From Chloroflexi bacterium ADurb.Bin180 (GTDB lineage Bacteria; Chloroflexota; Anaerolineae; UBA2200), in NCBI GenBank assembly GCA_002070215.1, contig MWCV01000009.1:21778-85777 (forward strand): a stretch of 64,000 bases of DNA. Reading direction: 5' to 3'. The position numbers and the translations under genes were made by a program. Positions 18,869 through 30,800 of the stretch are shown piece by piece. Under the pieces are notes generated by a model that was given only the letters and a program-made list of their open reading frames with translations, ran no database searches and was not told where the DNA came from. Within the stretch, counting starts at the first letter, position 1. Each line of letters starts with the position of its first letter.

Positions 18869-21800
18869 CTATTCCGTCGGCGGGGCGTCTGCCTCCAGCC
18901 GCTCCAGCAGCTCCTTCGGCGGCACTACCGGCGTGGCCGTGGGCATCGGCCGGTCGTCCCTGGGCAGCGGGATCGGCTCGTCGCGCACGATCACCGGCGA
19001 CCCGCCGGGCAGCCAGTACTGGATGACCAGCCGCGGCCTCTTGCTGACCTGCTCGGCCTCGGCGCTGGCAAAGAAGAACGATGCCGTCGACGTTCCGCCG
19101 CGCAGCAGCACCCCCTCGGCCGGCATTCCGGCGTACCACTGCTTGACCAGGTTGGTCACATCCCAGCCGTACCAGCGGGTGGGCCCGGCGGTGGTCAGCC
19201 GGTCCTCCGGCGCCGGCCGGCGGTCGGTGCTCACATCGCCCAGGCCGCCAGCTCCCCAGGGGAAGCCAGTGCGGGCGTTGGTCCAGGTGGCCTCGGAGAT
19301 GGTCACCGTGCGGGTGATGGCGTACACGCCCAGCTCCATATCCGCTCCGCCCCAGCCGGCGGCATAGAGCTGCAGGCTGGCCTGGTGCACCGTGGCCCCG
19401 GCCGGCAGAGCCGGCAGGGTAAAGCGCAGGAGCGAGACGTTGGTCTGCTTGTAGCCGGCCTTGAGCAGCGGCGAGAGGGCATAGTTCGCCTGCGGGGCGT
19501 AGCGGTACAGGTAGGTGTCTTCGCTCTGGCCAGAGCTGCCCTGCTGGATGACCAGCGTGGTCAGCCCGGGCAGAGGCGTGGGCGTGGCCGTGGGCGTGGG
19601 CGTCGGTGTGGGCGGAGGCGGCGGCACCGGCGTGGGCGGGTTCGTCTGGCAGGCCCTGACGCAGGCCACGTCGCTCATCGGGATGGGGATCTCGATCTCG
19701 TCCGCGCCGAGCCAGGCATAGTTGGTCAGGCAGTGTCCGGCCGCCCAGCCATAGGTCTGGGCCCGGATCCACACGGCCAGGCTGTTGCCCGGCCCGAGTG
19801 AGCCGAGGTGCCAGACCACCTGGTTCACCCCGTCAAAGGTGCCGCCGGGCACATAGGTATAGGGGTAGCCGATGCCGGTCTGCACCGAGTAGGGCGCGAT
19901 GCCCGCCGGCAGCGTATCGGTCAGCACCACATTGTTGATCGCCGATGAGCTGGTGTTGGTCACAAAGATATAGTACCAGAAGGTCCACGTGGCGCAGACG
20001 TCGCCGTGCGGCCTCATCTTGAGCGGGTCGATCGGGCTGTCAAAGCCAAAGTCCAGTGTATAGTTGGTCGGCTGGTCCACGGTCAGGTCGGTGGTGAACT
20101 GGCCCGGCGTGGTCAGGTAGTATCCGCCAATCGGCTGCACGGTCACCGTGTAGGTGGTGCTGAGCAGCAGGTGGGGGAACAGGTACATCCCGTTGGTGCC
20201 GGTGGTCGTGGTCACCACCAGTCCGGAAGAGCTGGTGAGGGTCACCACAACGCCGGGCAGGCCGAGCTCGAGCGGATCCTGGATGCCGTCCGCGTTCGGG
20301 TCGTACCACACGCGGTCGCCGACCTCGCCCAGGCCGCGCACGCCATAGTCGTGGTCCTCGTTGGTCGGGTTGGCCGACGTGAGCAGCGACGAGAAGTGGC
20401 CCGGCGTGGTCAGCCAGGTGCCGGGCGGCAGGCTGGCCAACTGGAGGGTGGTGGTGTAGTAGGTGTCCAGCGCCAGGTTGGTAAAGGTGTACACGCCATT
20501 GGCGTCGGTGGTGGTGGTGTAGGTGTGGCCGAACTGGTCGACCATCGTGATGACCACGCCGGGCAGGCCTGGCTCGCCAGGTCCCTGCACGCCGTTGCCG
20601 TCATAGTCCAGCCAGACCGTGTCGCCAATCGCGCCCGGCGGGTAAAAGCCAAAGTCGATGGTCAGGTTGGTGTTGGCGTTGCCGTCTTCCGAGGTCGGCT
20701 CCCCGCCGATGGTGAGCGTGACCGGTCCGCTGGAGATGCCGTTCGCCGCCGGATTCGGATCGTCGATGCCGTTCTCGTCCACGTCCTGATCGAGGTCGGC
20801 ATCGGGCGAGCCGGCGCCGGTGGACGAGCGCAGTCCATAGAGCGGCGCGGTCGGGGTGGCCCAGTTGCTGGCGGCGATGTGCACCACATAGCTGCCCGGC
20901 GCCAGGCCGGTGAAGAGATAGTCACCGTTGGCGTCGGTGGTGGTATAGACGGGGTTGCCGCTGCCGTCGAGCACCAGCGAGCCGTCGGCGTGGCGCAGCT
21001 CGACGCGCACGTTCGGGATGCCCGCCTCGCCGCCGTCCTGGCGGCCGTTGTCGGTGGTGCCTACTCCGTCATCGCGCCAGACGCGGTTGCCCAGGGCCAG
21101 CAGCACATAGTCTTCTACTTCGCCGTTGGGCGCCTGGCCCGTGGGCTCGGTGGCCTGGCGCGGGCCAGAGGTGTAGCGGAAGCGGCTGTAGACCGTGGCC
21201 GTGACAAACGACGGCGTTGGGAAGGTCAGGGTGTTGACCCCCGCCGTCAGCGGCTGGTCGCTAAAGATCTTGTCTCCGGCATCAAAGATGCCGTTCCCGT
21301 TAAAGTCGATCCAGGCGTTGAGGTAGCCGGCCTGAGAGGCCACTACCTGGATGGTAGCCGTCGAGTTGGGCATGATCGGCGTGAGGAAGGTGATGCCGTC
21401 CTCGTCGTCGGGCACGCCGTTGAGGTCATCGCCGTTGGCGTTGCTGTTGGGCTGTCCGTCCGGCTCAAAGTCCACGCTGTTGCCCAGGTACAGGCCGGGC
21501 ACGATGGTGTGCCGCGGGCCGTTGCTGGCAAAGGTCGTGGGATACGGCCCGTCGGGCAGGTCGCCCCAGTCCGACTGGATGAGGCCGGCGTCCAGGGTGT
21601 CGTTCACCTCGGCCGGTCCCAGGGTCACGGTGCCGGTGTGGCCGGTGTAGACGTTGGCGTCGCTGTCCAGGGTATCGTCGAGACCCTGGTCCTGGCTGGT
21701 AAAGCCAAAGCCCACCGGCGGCTCAAAGCCCACGCTGTAGGTGCCTGCGGGCAGGCCGGGGAACTCGTACCAGCCGGGGTTGCCGCTCACCGGGTGGTTG

Positions 21801-24800
21801 TGGGTGGTGGTGGTGATGGGATTGCCGGACGCGTCGCGCACCGGGTTGCCGCTCGCGTTGAGCAGGCTCACCACGATGCCGTTCATGCCGTCGGCCGGCA
21901 GCTCGTTCTGGATGCCGTCGCCGTTGCGGTCGAACCAGACATAGTCGCCCAGGGAGGCCAGTGCATAGTCCTCGACCTCGCCGTTGGGCGCGAGGCCGGT
22001 GGGCAGGGTGGCCTGATTCTGTCCGGTGGTAAAGCGGAAGCGGCTGTACTGCACCCCGGTGGCGTTGGCCGGCACGACAAAGGTAATGGCGTTGGGCCCC
22101 GCCGCCAGCGGCGTATCGAGGGCGATCTGTTCGCCCGGGTCAAAGGTGCCGTTCCCGTTAAAGTCGATCCAGGCGTTGAGATAGCCCGCCGTGGAGGCAG
22201 TCACGGTGATGGTGGCGCTGCGGCCGGGCACGAGCGGCGTGGCAAAGATCACGCCGTCTTCGTCGTCGGGCACGCCGTTGATGTCGTCACCGGTGGCGGT
22301 GGCGTTGGGCTGGCCGTTGCCCTCGCCGTCGACCCCCGCGCCCAGGTACACACCGCTCACGATCTGGTGGTGCGGTCCATTGCTGGCCGCCAGGGTCGGG
22401 AAGGTCGGATCGGGCAGGTCGCCCCAGTCGTACTGCACCAGGCCGGCATCCACGCTCAGGTCGGCCGTGTGCGGTCCGATGGTGTAGACGCCGGTGAGTC
22501 CGGTGGTCGGATTGGCATCGCTGTCGGTGGCGTCAGAGCCGATGTTGGCGGCGGTAAAGCCCAGGCCCGCCGGCGCCACAAAGCCGATGCGATAGTCGCC
22601 CGCCGGCAGACCGGCGAACTGGTACCAGCCGGGGTTGCCGGTGGTGGGATGGTTCGTAGTGGTCGTAGTGATGGCGTGGCCCGCGGCATCGAGCACCGGG
22701 TTGCCGCTGGCGTCGAGCAGGCGCACCTGCACGCCGTTGAGGCCGTTCGTCGGGCCGTCGTCCTGCTGGCCGTTGCCGTTGGCATCGAGCCAGACATAGT
22801 CGCCGATGACGCCCAGCACATAGTCCTCCACCTCGCCGTTGGGCGCGCGGCCGGTAGGCGCGGTGGCCTGGCCCTGGCCGGAGGTAAAGCGGAAGCGGGC
22901 ATAGTCGTAAGGCGTGTCGACCGCCGTGGCCGGCACGTTGACGACGAGCTGGTTCGGGCCGGCGGCGAGCAGCAGGTCGGAGGCGATCTTTTCGCCCGCC
23001 TCCAGAACGCCGTTGTTGTTCCAGTCGATCCAGGCGTTGAGGTAGCCAGCCTGCGAGGCGGTCACGGTGATGGTGGCCGGGCGACCGGCGACGAGCGGCG
23101 TATTAAAGACGACACAGTCTTCGTCATCGGGCACGCCGTTGATGTCATCGCCGGTGGCGGTGAGGTTGGGCTGGCCGTCGGGCTCGGCGTCGACGCTGCT
23201 GCCCAGGTACAGGCCGGTGATGATCTGGTGGTTGGCCCCGTTGTTGGCGGCCAGAGTCGGATAGGGTCCGTCGGGCAGGTCGCCCCAGTCGAACACGACC
23301 AGGCCGGCGTCGAGCGTCGGGTTGGTCTGGCCGGGCCCCAGGGTTACCGTCTGTGTGCGCCCGTTCGCGGGCACATAGTCGCTGTCGATGGTGTCGTCGC
23401 CGCCCACGTTGGGCGTGGTGAACTCGTATCCCGCCGGCGGGGCAAAGCTCACGCTGTAGGAGCCGGCCGGCAGGCCGGGGAACTCGTACCAGCCGGGGTT
23501 GCCGCTCACCGGGTGATTGTGGGTAGTGGTGGTGATGGCGTTGCCCAGGGCGTCGCGCACCGGGTTGCCGCTCGCGTCGAGCAGGCTCACCACAACGCCG
23601 TTCACGCCCGGCTCGCCGCTGGTCTGCAGTCCGTCGCCGTTGCCGTCGAGCCAGACATAGTCGCCCAGCGCGGCGAGGACGTAATCCTCCACCTCACCGT
23701 TGAGCGCGAGGCCGGTCGGCAGGGTAGCCTGGTTCTGTCCGGTGGTAAAGCGGAAGCGGCTGTACTCCACGCCGGTGGCGTTGGCCGGCACGGCAAAGGT
23801 GATGGCGTTGGGGCCCGCGGCCAGCGGCGTATCGAGGGCGATCTGCTCGCCCGGGTCAAAGGTGCCGTTCCCGTTAAAGTCGATCCAGGCGTTGAGATAG
23901 CCCGCCGTGGAGGCAGTCACGGTGATGGTGGCGCTGCGGCCGGGCACGAGCGGCGTGGCAAAGATCACGCCGTCTTCGTCGTCGGGCACGCCGTTGCTGT
24001 CGTCACCGGTGGCGGTGGCGTTGGGCTGGCCGTTGGCCTCGCTGTCCACCGAGGCGCCCAGGTAGACGCCGGGCTGGATGACGTGGCGTGGTCCGTTGCT
24101 GGCCGCCAGGGTCGGGAAGGTCGGATCGGGCAGGTCGCCCCAGTCGAGGCGGAGGATGCCCGCGTCCCAGGTCATATCGTTCTCGCCCAGGTCGAGGTGG
24201 GTGGTCGCTGTCTGGCCGGTGGCCGGGTTGGCGTCGCTGTCCAGCGCGTCGTTGGCGCCCTGGTCCGGCAGGGTAAAGCTGTAGCCAGGCGGCAGGGTAA
24301 AGACGACGTAATAGTCGCCGGGCGGCAGGTACTCAAAGAGGTACAGGCCGCTGCCATCGGTCACGTCGGTGGCCAGCGGCGTGCCTGTTCCGCTGTACAG
24401 GGTAACGGTGACGCCGGGCACTGGCGGCTCGCCGTTGTCCTGGATGCCGTTATAGTTCGAGTCGTACCACACGTAGTTGCCCAGCGATCCGGCCACCTGC
24501 AGGGGCACGTTGCTGTACTCAACATAGCGCGGGTTGTTGGGCGAGTTGCCGCCGTCGCGTTCACCCGGCACGGTCCCGGGCAGCGTGCTGGTCCAGGCCA
24601 TCACGCTGTTGGTCAGCACCGAGCCGGGAGCGATGCCCGCGTTCACCGTGGCGGTGAACTGGTAGCTGTAGCTGACGCCAGGGTCCATCTGGCTCACGAA
24701 CCAGGAAATCAGCGTCGGCCCACTGCCGACCACGCTCGCGGGAGCCGGCGTACCCGGCAGGACTCCGCCGTAGGTGAGGCCTGGCGGCAGCGTGTCGAGC

Positions 24801-27800
24801 AGGGTCACGTCGTAGGCCACGCTGTTGTTGACGCCCGCAGCGTTGCTAAAGTTAAAGGTGTAGGTCACGATGTCGCCCGGCTTGAGGCCCAGCGGCGCCG
24901 TGGCCGACTTGAGTATGCCAATGTCCGGCTCGACAATGGTCACGTTGACCGTGTTCGAGTCGCGCGGGCCATAGGTCTGGCCGTACTCGTTCTGCCAGGT
25001 GAAGCGTGCCGTATCCGGCACCACCGTGCCGGCGGTGTTGGTGATCAGGTTGCGCACCGTGGCGGTGATAACCACATAGCCCTGCGTGCTCGAAAGGATC
25101 GAGGTCCACGAGGCGCTCACCGTCTGTCCGTTGACCGCCGCGGCCGGGCCGACTCCGCCGTGCGCCGAGGCGCCGTTGACGGTAAAGCGCGCGTCGACCA
25201 CGTCCGTCACCAGCACCGTGTACATCGTGGCGGTGATGGCCGGGCTGGGCACGGTGACCGTGTAGTATAGCTGCTGGCCGATGGTCGCAGTGATGGGCGA
25301 GACGGCCTTGACGATGTGCACGTCCGACGGGGTATAGTGCACGACCGAACCCTGGCCGTCGGCAAAGCTGCGCTCAGTCTGGGTAAAGCCGAACTGCGGA
25401 CCCAGCCCTGGCTGCGAGTCATAGTAGGGCACCACGGCCGTGTTGGTCAGCACCACGCCGGCGCTGATGCTCGGCGAGACCACCGTGCTCACGGTGAGGG
25501 TAAAGGCCTTGCTGACCGTAGGCGCCACGATGGTGCCGTTGAGTGGCGACACCAGCCAGGTGATCACGCCAGTGGCGCCGGGCGTCGGCGCAGAGAGGAT
25601 CGCTGGCGACCCGCTGCCGGGCGACGAGGCCAGAGCATAGCCCTGGTAGACTACGCCGCTCGGGAGGACGTCGCTGATGACAATGTCATAGGCCGGCGTC
25701 TGCGTGCTGTTGGCCACGACCAGGAAGTAGTTGATCGGCGTACCAGCACCGACGATGCTGCCATCGGGCGGGCTGCTGGTCTTGGTGATGGCCAGCGTGG
25801 GCCGGCCAAAGTACGAGTTCACCGTGGCGGTCTGTGAGAACGAGTCGGTCACGGTAAAGGCGCCATTGTCCTGGATGTCCCAGTTGACCGTCTGGCTGTT
25901 GCTGCGGGCCGTGCCGCCTGCCACCACGGCCACTTCGGCACCGGTGCGGCTGCGCCCGGTGAACTGGGCGGTGAAGGTGACCACCACCGTCTGCGTTACC
26001 GCCGTGGTATTGGTAAAGGTGTTCATCCACCACTCGATGGCCTCATTGGCCGTGGTGGTCTTGTAGGTGCCGACGTTGGGGTTGCTGCCGCCGGCGTTGT
26101 TGCCCTGGATCACGCTGTAGGGCACGTTGGTATAGTGCGCCGCCACCGTGTCCAGGGTGCCGGGGAGGGAGCCGCCAATCTGGAACGTGCCGGGCACATA
26201 GTGCAGCCCGGCCTGCATATTGTCCCACTGCCACGGCCAGTAGGCCACCAGGTTCGGCGGCACGGACGTGGTCAGGGTGTACGTTACCAGGTCGCCAATG
26301 CGCAGCTTGGCGGTGAGAGCGCCGCTGGCGCTGGCCGGAGCCACGGCCTTGGCCGTGACCAGGCTGCGCGGCACGACGTCGGCCTGGGCGGTGGTGGTGT
26401 AGGGCCGCTCCTGCCCGGGGTAGGGATTGCCGTCGGGCAGCGACGAGTAGACCGCAGTGACATAGTTCGTAATGGTGATGCCGGCCGGCGCATTGAGCAG
26501 CCGCGCCGTGTAGGTGAGCGCCGTGACCGGCGCCGGCGGCGTCAGCGGAATGCTGGTCAGCCACCAGGTGATCCAGGTGGTGTTGCCCACGGTCCAGCTC
26601 TGGCCGCCCTGGCCGATGCTCTGGATGGCCAGGCCGGTGGGCATCGTGTCGGTCACCACCACGTCATAGGCGGTGGAGGTGCCGGTGTTGGTCAGGTAGA
26701 CGGTATAGTTGAGCAGCGCATTGCCATCGAGGTTGGTGGTGGAACCGGTCGAGCTGACCACCGCCTTGCGCCGCTCCAGGAACGGCTCGACGATGTTCAC
26801 CTGGGCCGTGTCGACAAAGGTGTAGGTCTGGCCGTCGTCGACGTAGCTCATCCGCAGCGTGTTGACACGGCTCACACCGCTCACGTTCGATGGAATGTTG
26901 AGGATGGTGGCCGTGATCACGCCGTCGATCTGCACCGAGCCGGGCAGGTTGCCCAGCGCCCAGACGATGTTGCCCGTGCCGAGGAATGCCGGTGACGAGG
27001 TGGGCGTGTTCGACTCGACGTAGTAGGGCCCGTTCACGTTGCCGTCGACGTCGCTGCTGTAGCGGATGGTCGAGGCGAGGTAGCCCAGCCCGGTCGGCAG
27101 AGTGTCGGTCAGAGTCAGCGAGTTGTAGGTTCCATCGTGGTCTTCCAGCGTGCTGGTAAAGGTGAACACGACGATGGCGCCGATGGTGTCGGTTTGCAGC
27201 GGCGGCCCCTTGTCAAAACTCCGGTTCAGGGTGACATAGGCCGTGTAGCCGGTGGTGGCATAGATGCAGCCCACGGCGCACGAGCCGGTGGCATAGACGC
27301 TGTCGGTCTGCATGCCCGTGGCCGAGACGGTGGCCGTGACCACTGCCTGCCAGGTGCTATGAGCGGCCAGGGTGAAGGGCGGCGACCAGGTGATGACGTT
27401 GCCGCTGATGCCCGGCGTGTTGCTGCCGCCGGGGTAGTTGCCGGGCCCGGCCTGCGGCGAGACAAGACCCGAGCCGAGCAGGTCGGTGACGACCACGTTT
27501 GGCGCATAGATGCCGCTGGTGTTGGTGATGCGCACCGTCCAGGCCACTACCTGGCCGGCGCTGGCCACCTGGGTGAGCGGCGACTTGGTCGCGACCAGCG
27601 TCGGGCTGGCCACGGTCACATTCTGGCTGGCGGTGGCCGTGTAGGAGCCGGTGCCGGCGCAGGTGCCGCTGTCGTCATAAAGCACGTTGATGACGTTGGG
27701 CCCGCCGGCGGGCACCGAGCAGCCGCCGGAGGTCGTGGGGTTGACCACGCGCAGCACGACCGTGGTCACTCCCGTGGGCAGAGGTGTGGAGGTCCAGCGC

Positions 27801-30800
27801 CAGACCGGGGCCGTATCCCCGGCCGATGGGTAGATGTTGGCAGCGGTGCTGGCAGAGACCGTCTCGGCGTAGGCATAGCCGGATGGCAGAGTATCGGTCA
27901 GCCACACGTTGTAGGCGGGCGGGCCGTTGTTGGTGAGGGTTACGGTGAGCACGCCGCCGCACTGGTGGAGCTGCGCTGGCGGCACGTCGGTGGTCAGCCC
28001 CGGCGGGTCAATGACTGGCCTGGTGCGCAGGGTGGAGTGCGCTGTATAGATCTGCTTGCAGGTCGTCTCGGGGCAGCCCCAGGTGGTGGTCATCCAGTTG
28101 GTCGTGTCGACCGCGGTGCAGGCGCCGCTGTTGACCGTGGCCGTGATGTAGGCGGTCCACGAGCTGTTGGTCAGCGTGCCGACGTTCCAGGCAATGACCT
28201 GTCCGCTCTGAAAGCTGGGTGCCGGGCTGGCCGCCACGTAGGTGACGTTGGCCGGCAGCGTGTCGGTGACCAGCGTCTGGTAGGCCGGGGTCTGGCTGCT
28301 GTTGGCCACGGACAGGACCCAGTTGACCGCGTCGCCCGGCTCGGCATAGATCATCGCCGGGTTCTTGGAGATGGTGACTCGCGGCGGGTCAGCCACGAGA
28401 GTGTAGCGGCTTTCGGCCGTGGGCAGCAGGTTGCCGCAGCGGTCCACATAGCTGGCATCGACGACCAGGTGCCCGCCGGCAAAATCGCAGTTCACATAAA
28501 CGCTGTAGCGAATCCAGACCGTCTGGTGCGGGTAGAGCCGCGCCAGAGCGGCGATCTGGCTGGAGGTCCACACCAGCGGGCCGTTCGGCGCGCCGGAGGG
28601 ATCAGAGCCGGCAATCCAGCCGCTGACGGGCGGGGTGGTGCCTTCGCCGATGGCGTACTCGGTGGTGCCGGTCTGGTAGGCCAGGCCGGTGGCCAGGGTT
28701 TCGGTGACCGCGGCCGAATAGACGCTCATCAGGCCAGCGTTGCGCACCGTGGCCGTGACCGTGCGCGTGGCGCAGGTCTGCACCGGTGAGCGCATGATGG
28801 TGGTGTTGAGCAGGGCCGTCACCGGCAGCTCGACGTGCGAATGTTTGACCGGCAGCACGTCGCAGGTGTGGCCCAGGCAGTTCTGGAACCCGCGCAGGGT
28901 GTTGGTCAGGTTGTTGCAGCTCAGGATCTCGGCGACCAGGGTGATCGTGTAGCGCTCGCCGGACTCGATGGCCAGGTCGGGCCAGGTAATGACGTTGCTG
29001 CTGGTGATGGGCACCACGCCCTGTGCCGAGCCGTGCGTCGACAGCACCTGCGAGCTGAGGTAAGCCAGGCCGCTGCCCAGCTCATCGACCAGGGTGATGC
29101 CGTGCACAGCGCCGGCACCAGAGTTGATGGCCGTCAGCGTCCAGGTGACCGTGTCTCCCGCCGCATAGATCACTTCGGGGAACTTGTACAGCAGGGGGGT
29201 CCAGTCCCAGGCCGTGGCCGAGGTCGACGTGCTGGACGAGCAGCGGTCGTCATAGTTCTCGTCGTTGGAGCAGAGGTTGTCGAAATAGACCGTGGCCGTC
29301 AGTTGCCCCTGGGTATCGCAGCGGCGCTGCGTGGGGAACCACATCGTGGCCGTGGTAGCCGTGGCAAAGGCATCGCCGTAGTACACGTCAAAGCCCAGGC
29401 CGTCGGAGATGACCATGACCGGCGTCACCCCGCCGAATGCTGGCGGGCCCAGTGGAGAGAACGAGTTGACCGCCACGCGCATTCGCACGTCATAGGCCGG
29501 AGTGGCACCGCGGGTCAGGGTGATGGTGGGGGTGTACGGAGCGCAGTCGACCACCACGGCGGGCACGCCGCTGATGGCCACGCCCACGGTGGGCGCCGTC
29601 ACATCAAAGAACACGCCCTCGGCCGTGACGCCCGTGTCGCAGGCGGCGCACCAGAAGGTGCCGCCCGCCCCCACGTTGAGGTAGGACCAGTCGTACACGT
29701 TGCGGCCGGCGCAGCCCGTGTCGACCACCGTGGCCCGATAGGTCACGACCATCGTGGCCCCGGGCACAGTCACCGCACAGGTGGGTGAGATGTTGTTGAG
29801 CACGAGCGGATTGGTGCTGGCCACGCTAAAGGTGGCCGGGCAGCTTGTGGCGCCGTTGCTGATGTTGATGGCCGCGCTCCCGCCCACATAGACCAGCGAG
29901 CTCAGCGCTTCGGTAAAGCTCATCCGGCTCCACGCCGGCACCGTGATGTACGAGGAGGCGAACTGGAAGGTGTTGGTAAAGTAGCGCGTGGTGCAGGCCT
30001 CGGCCGCTGCTGGCGAGACAGCCTTGGCTGACGTGGTGCCCCGCTCGCACTGTACATAAGTAGTGGTCGTGCTGGTGCCGTTCACGTTGCAGCCCTGGCA
30101 GTCGCTGCCACTCGCGCCCAGAGTGTTGACTACCGTTTGCCCGCAGCAGGAGCAGACCTCCGGACAGGAAGCGCCGGGGCCAAAGACTACCGTGCGCGAC
30201 CACGGCGAGGTGCTGGTGGTCCAGGTGATGGTGTAGCGCCCGTTGGCCGCGACCACCGTTCCGCCGCCGGCATCGAGCAACTGATAGCCGCAGCCGGCCT
30301 GGAACACGTCGGTGATATAGACCATGCTGGTCAGGTTGGCCGACACCACCGAGAGGGTGTAGGTGATGCGGTCTTCAGCATAGACTTCGGACGGGCCGGT
30401 CTTGGTCACCTGGAGCGAAGGTGTGGCTCCGGTAACGCTCCACGAGCCGCTCTTGGTGGGGAAGGTAAAGGGCGAGGCGCAGCCATCGGGAAAGTTATAG
30501 TACTGCGCCGTGAACAGCAAGGGCCCGCCGGACACGCCGCAGGGCGGTGTGGGCAGGGACAGGGTAAAGGTCAGCACATAGGTGCTGCCCTTGGGAATAT
30601 CGGGCAGATGGAACGCTCCGCCGCTGTAGGGCGCGGAAGAAGCCGTGAGCACCAGCGGCGAAAGGTTGACGCTGAGGGTGGGCGTGTACGCGGTGCCGTC
30701 GCCCGAGTTCACCACCGGTATCTGGAAGGTGCCGCTGCCGGCGCAGTAGCTGATGTTGATCGCCGGCAGGGTATAGTCCAGCGATGGTGCGTCGAGGCGC

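Noticed and set aside
20006-25270. 1754-aa plus-strand ORF, and many other long plus-strand ORFs between 18182 and 31223 (for example 27137..28789 and 28835..29788).
   Set aside because: They are antisense to the 4265-aa minus-strand gene. They are Arg/Gly/Ala/Val-rich low-complexity translations with no start signals. Long open antisense frames are expected in repetitive high-GC coding DNA.
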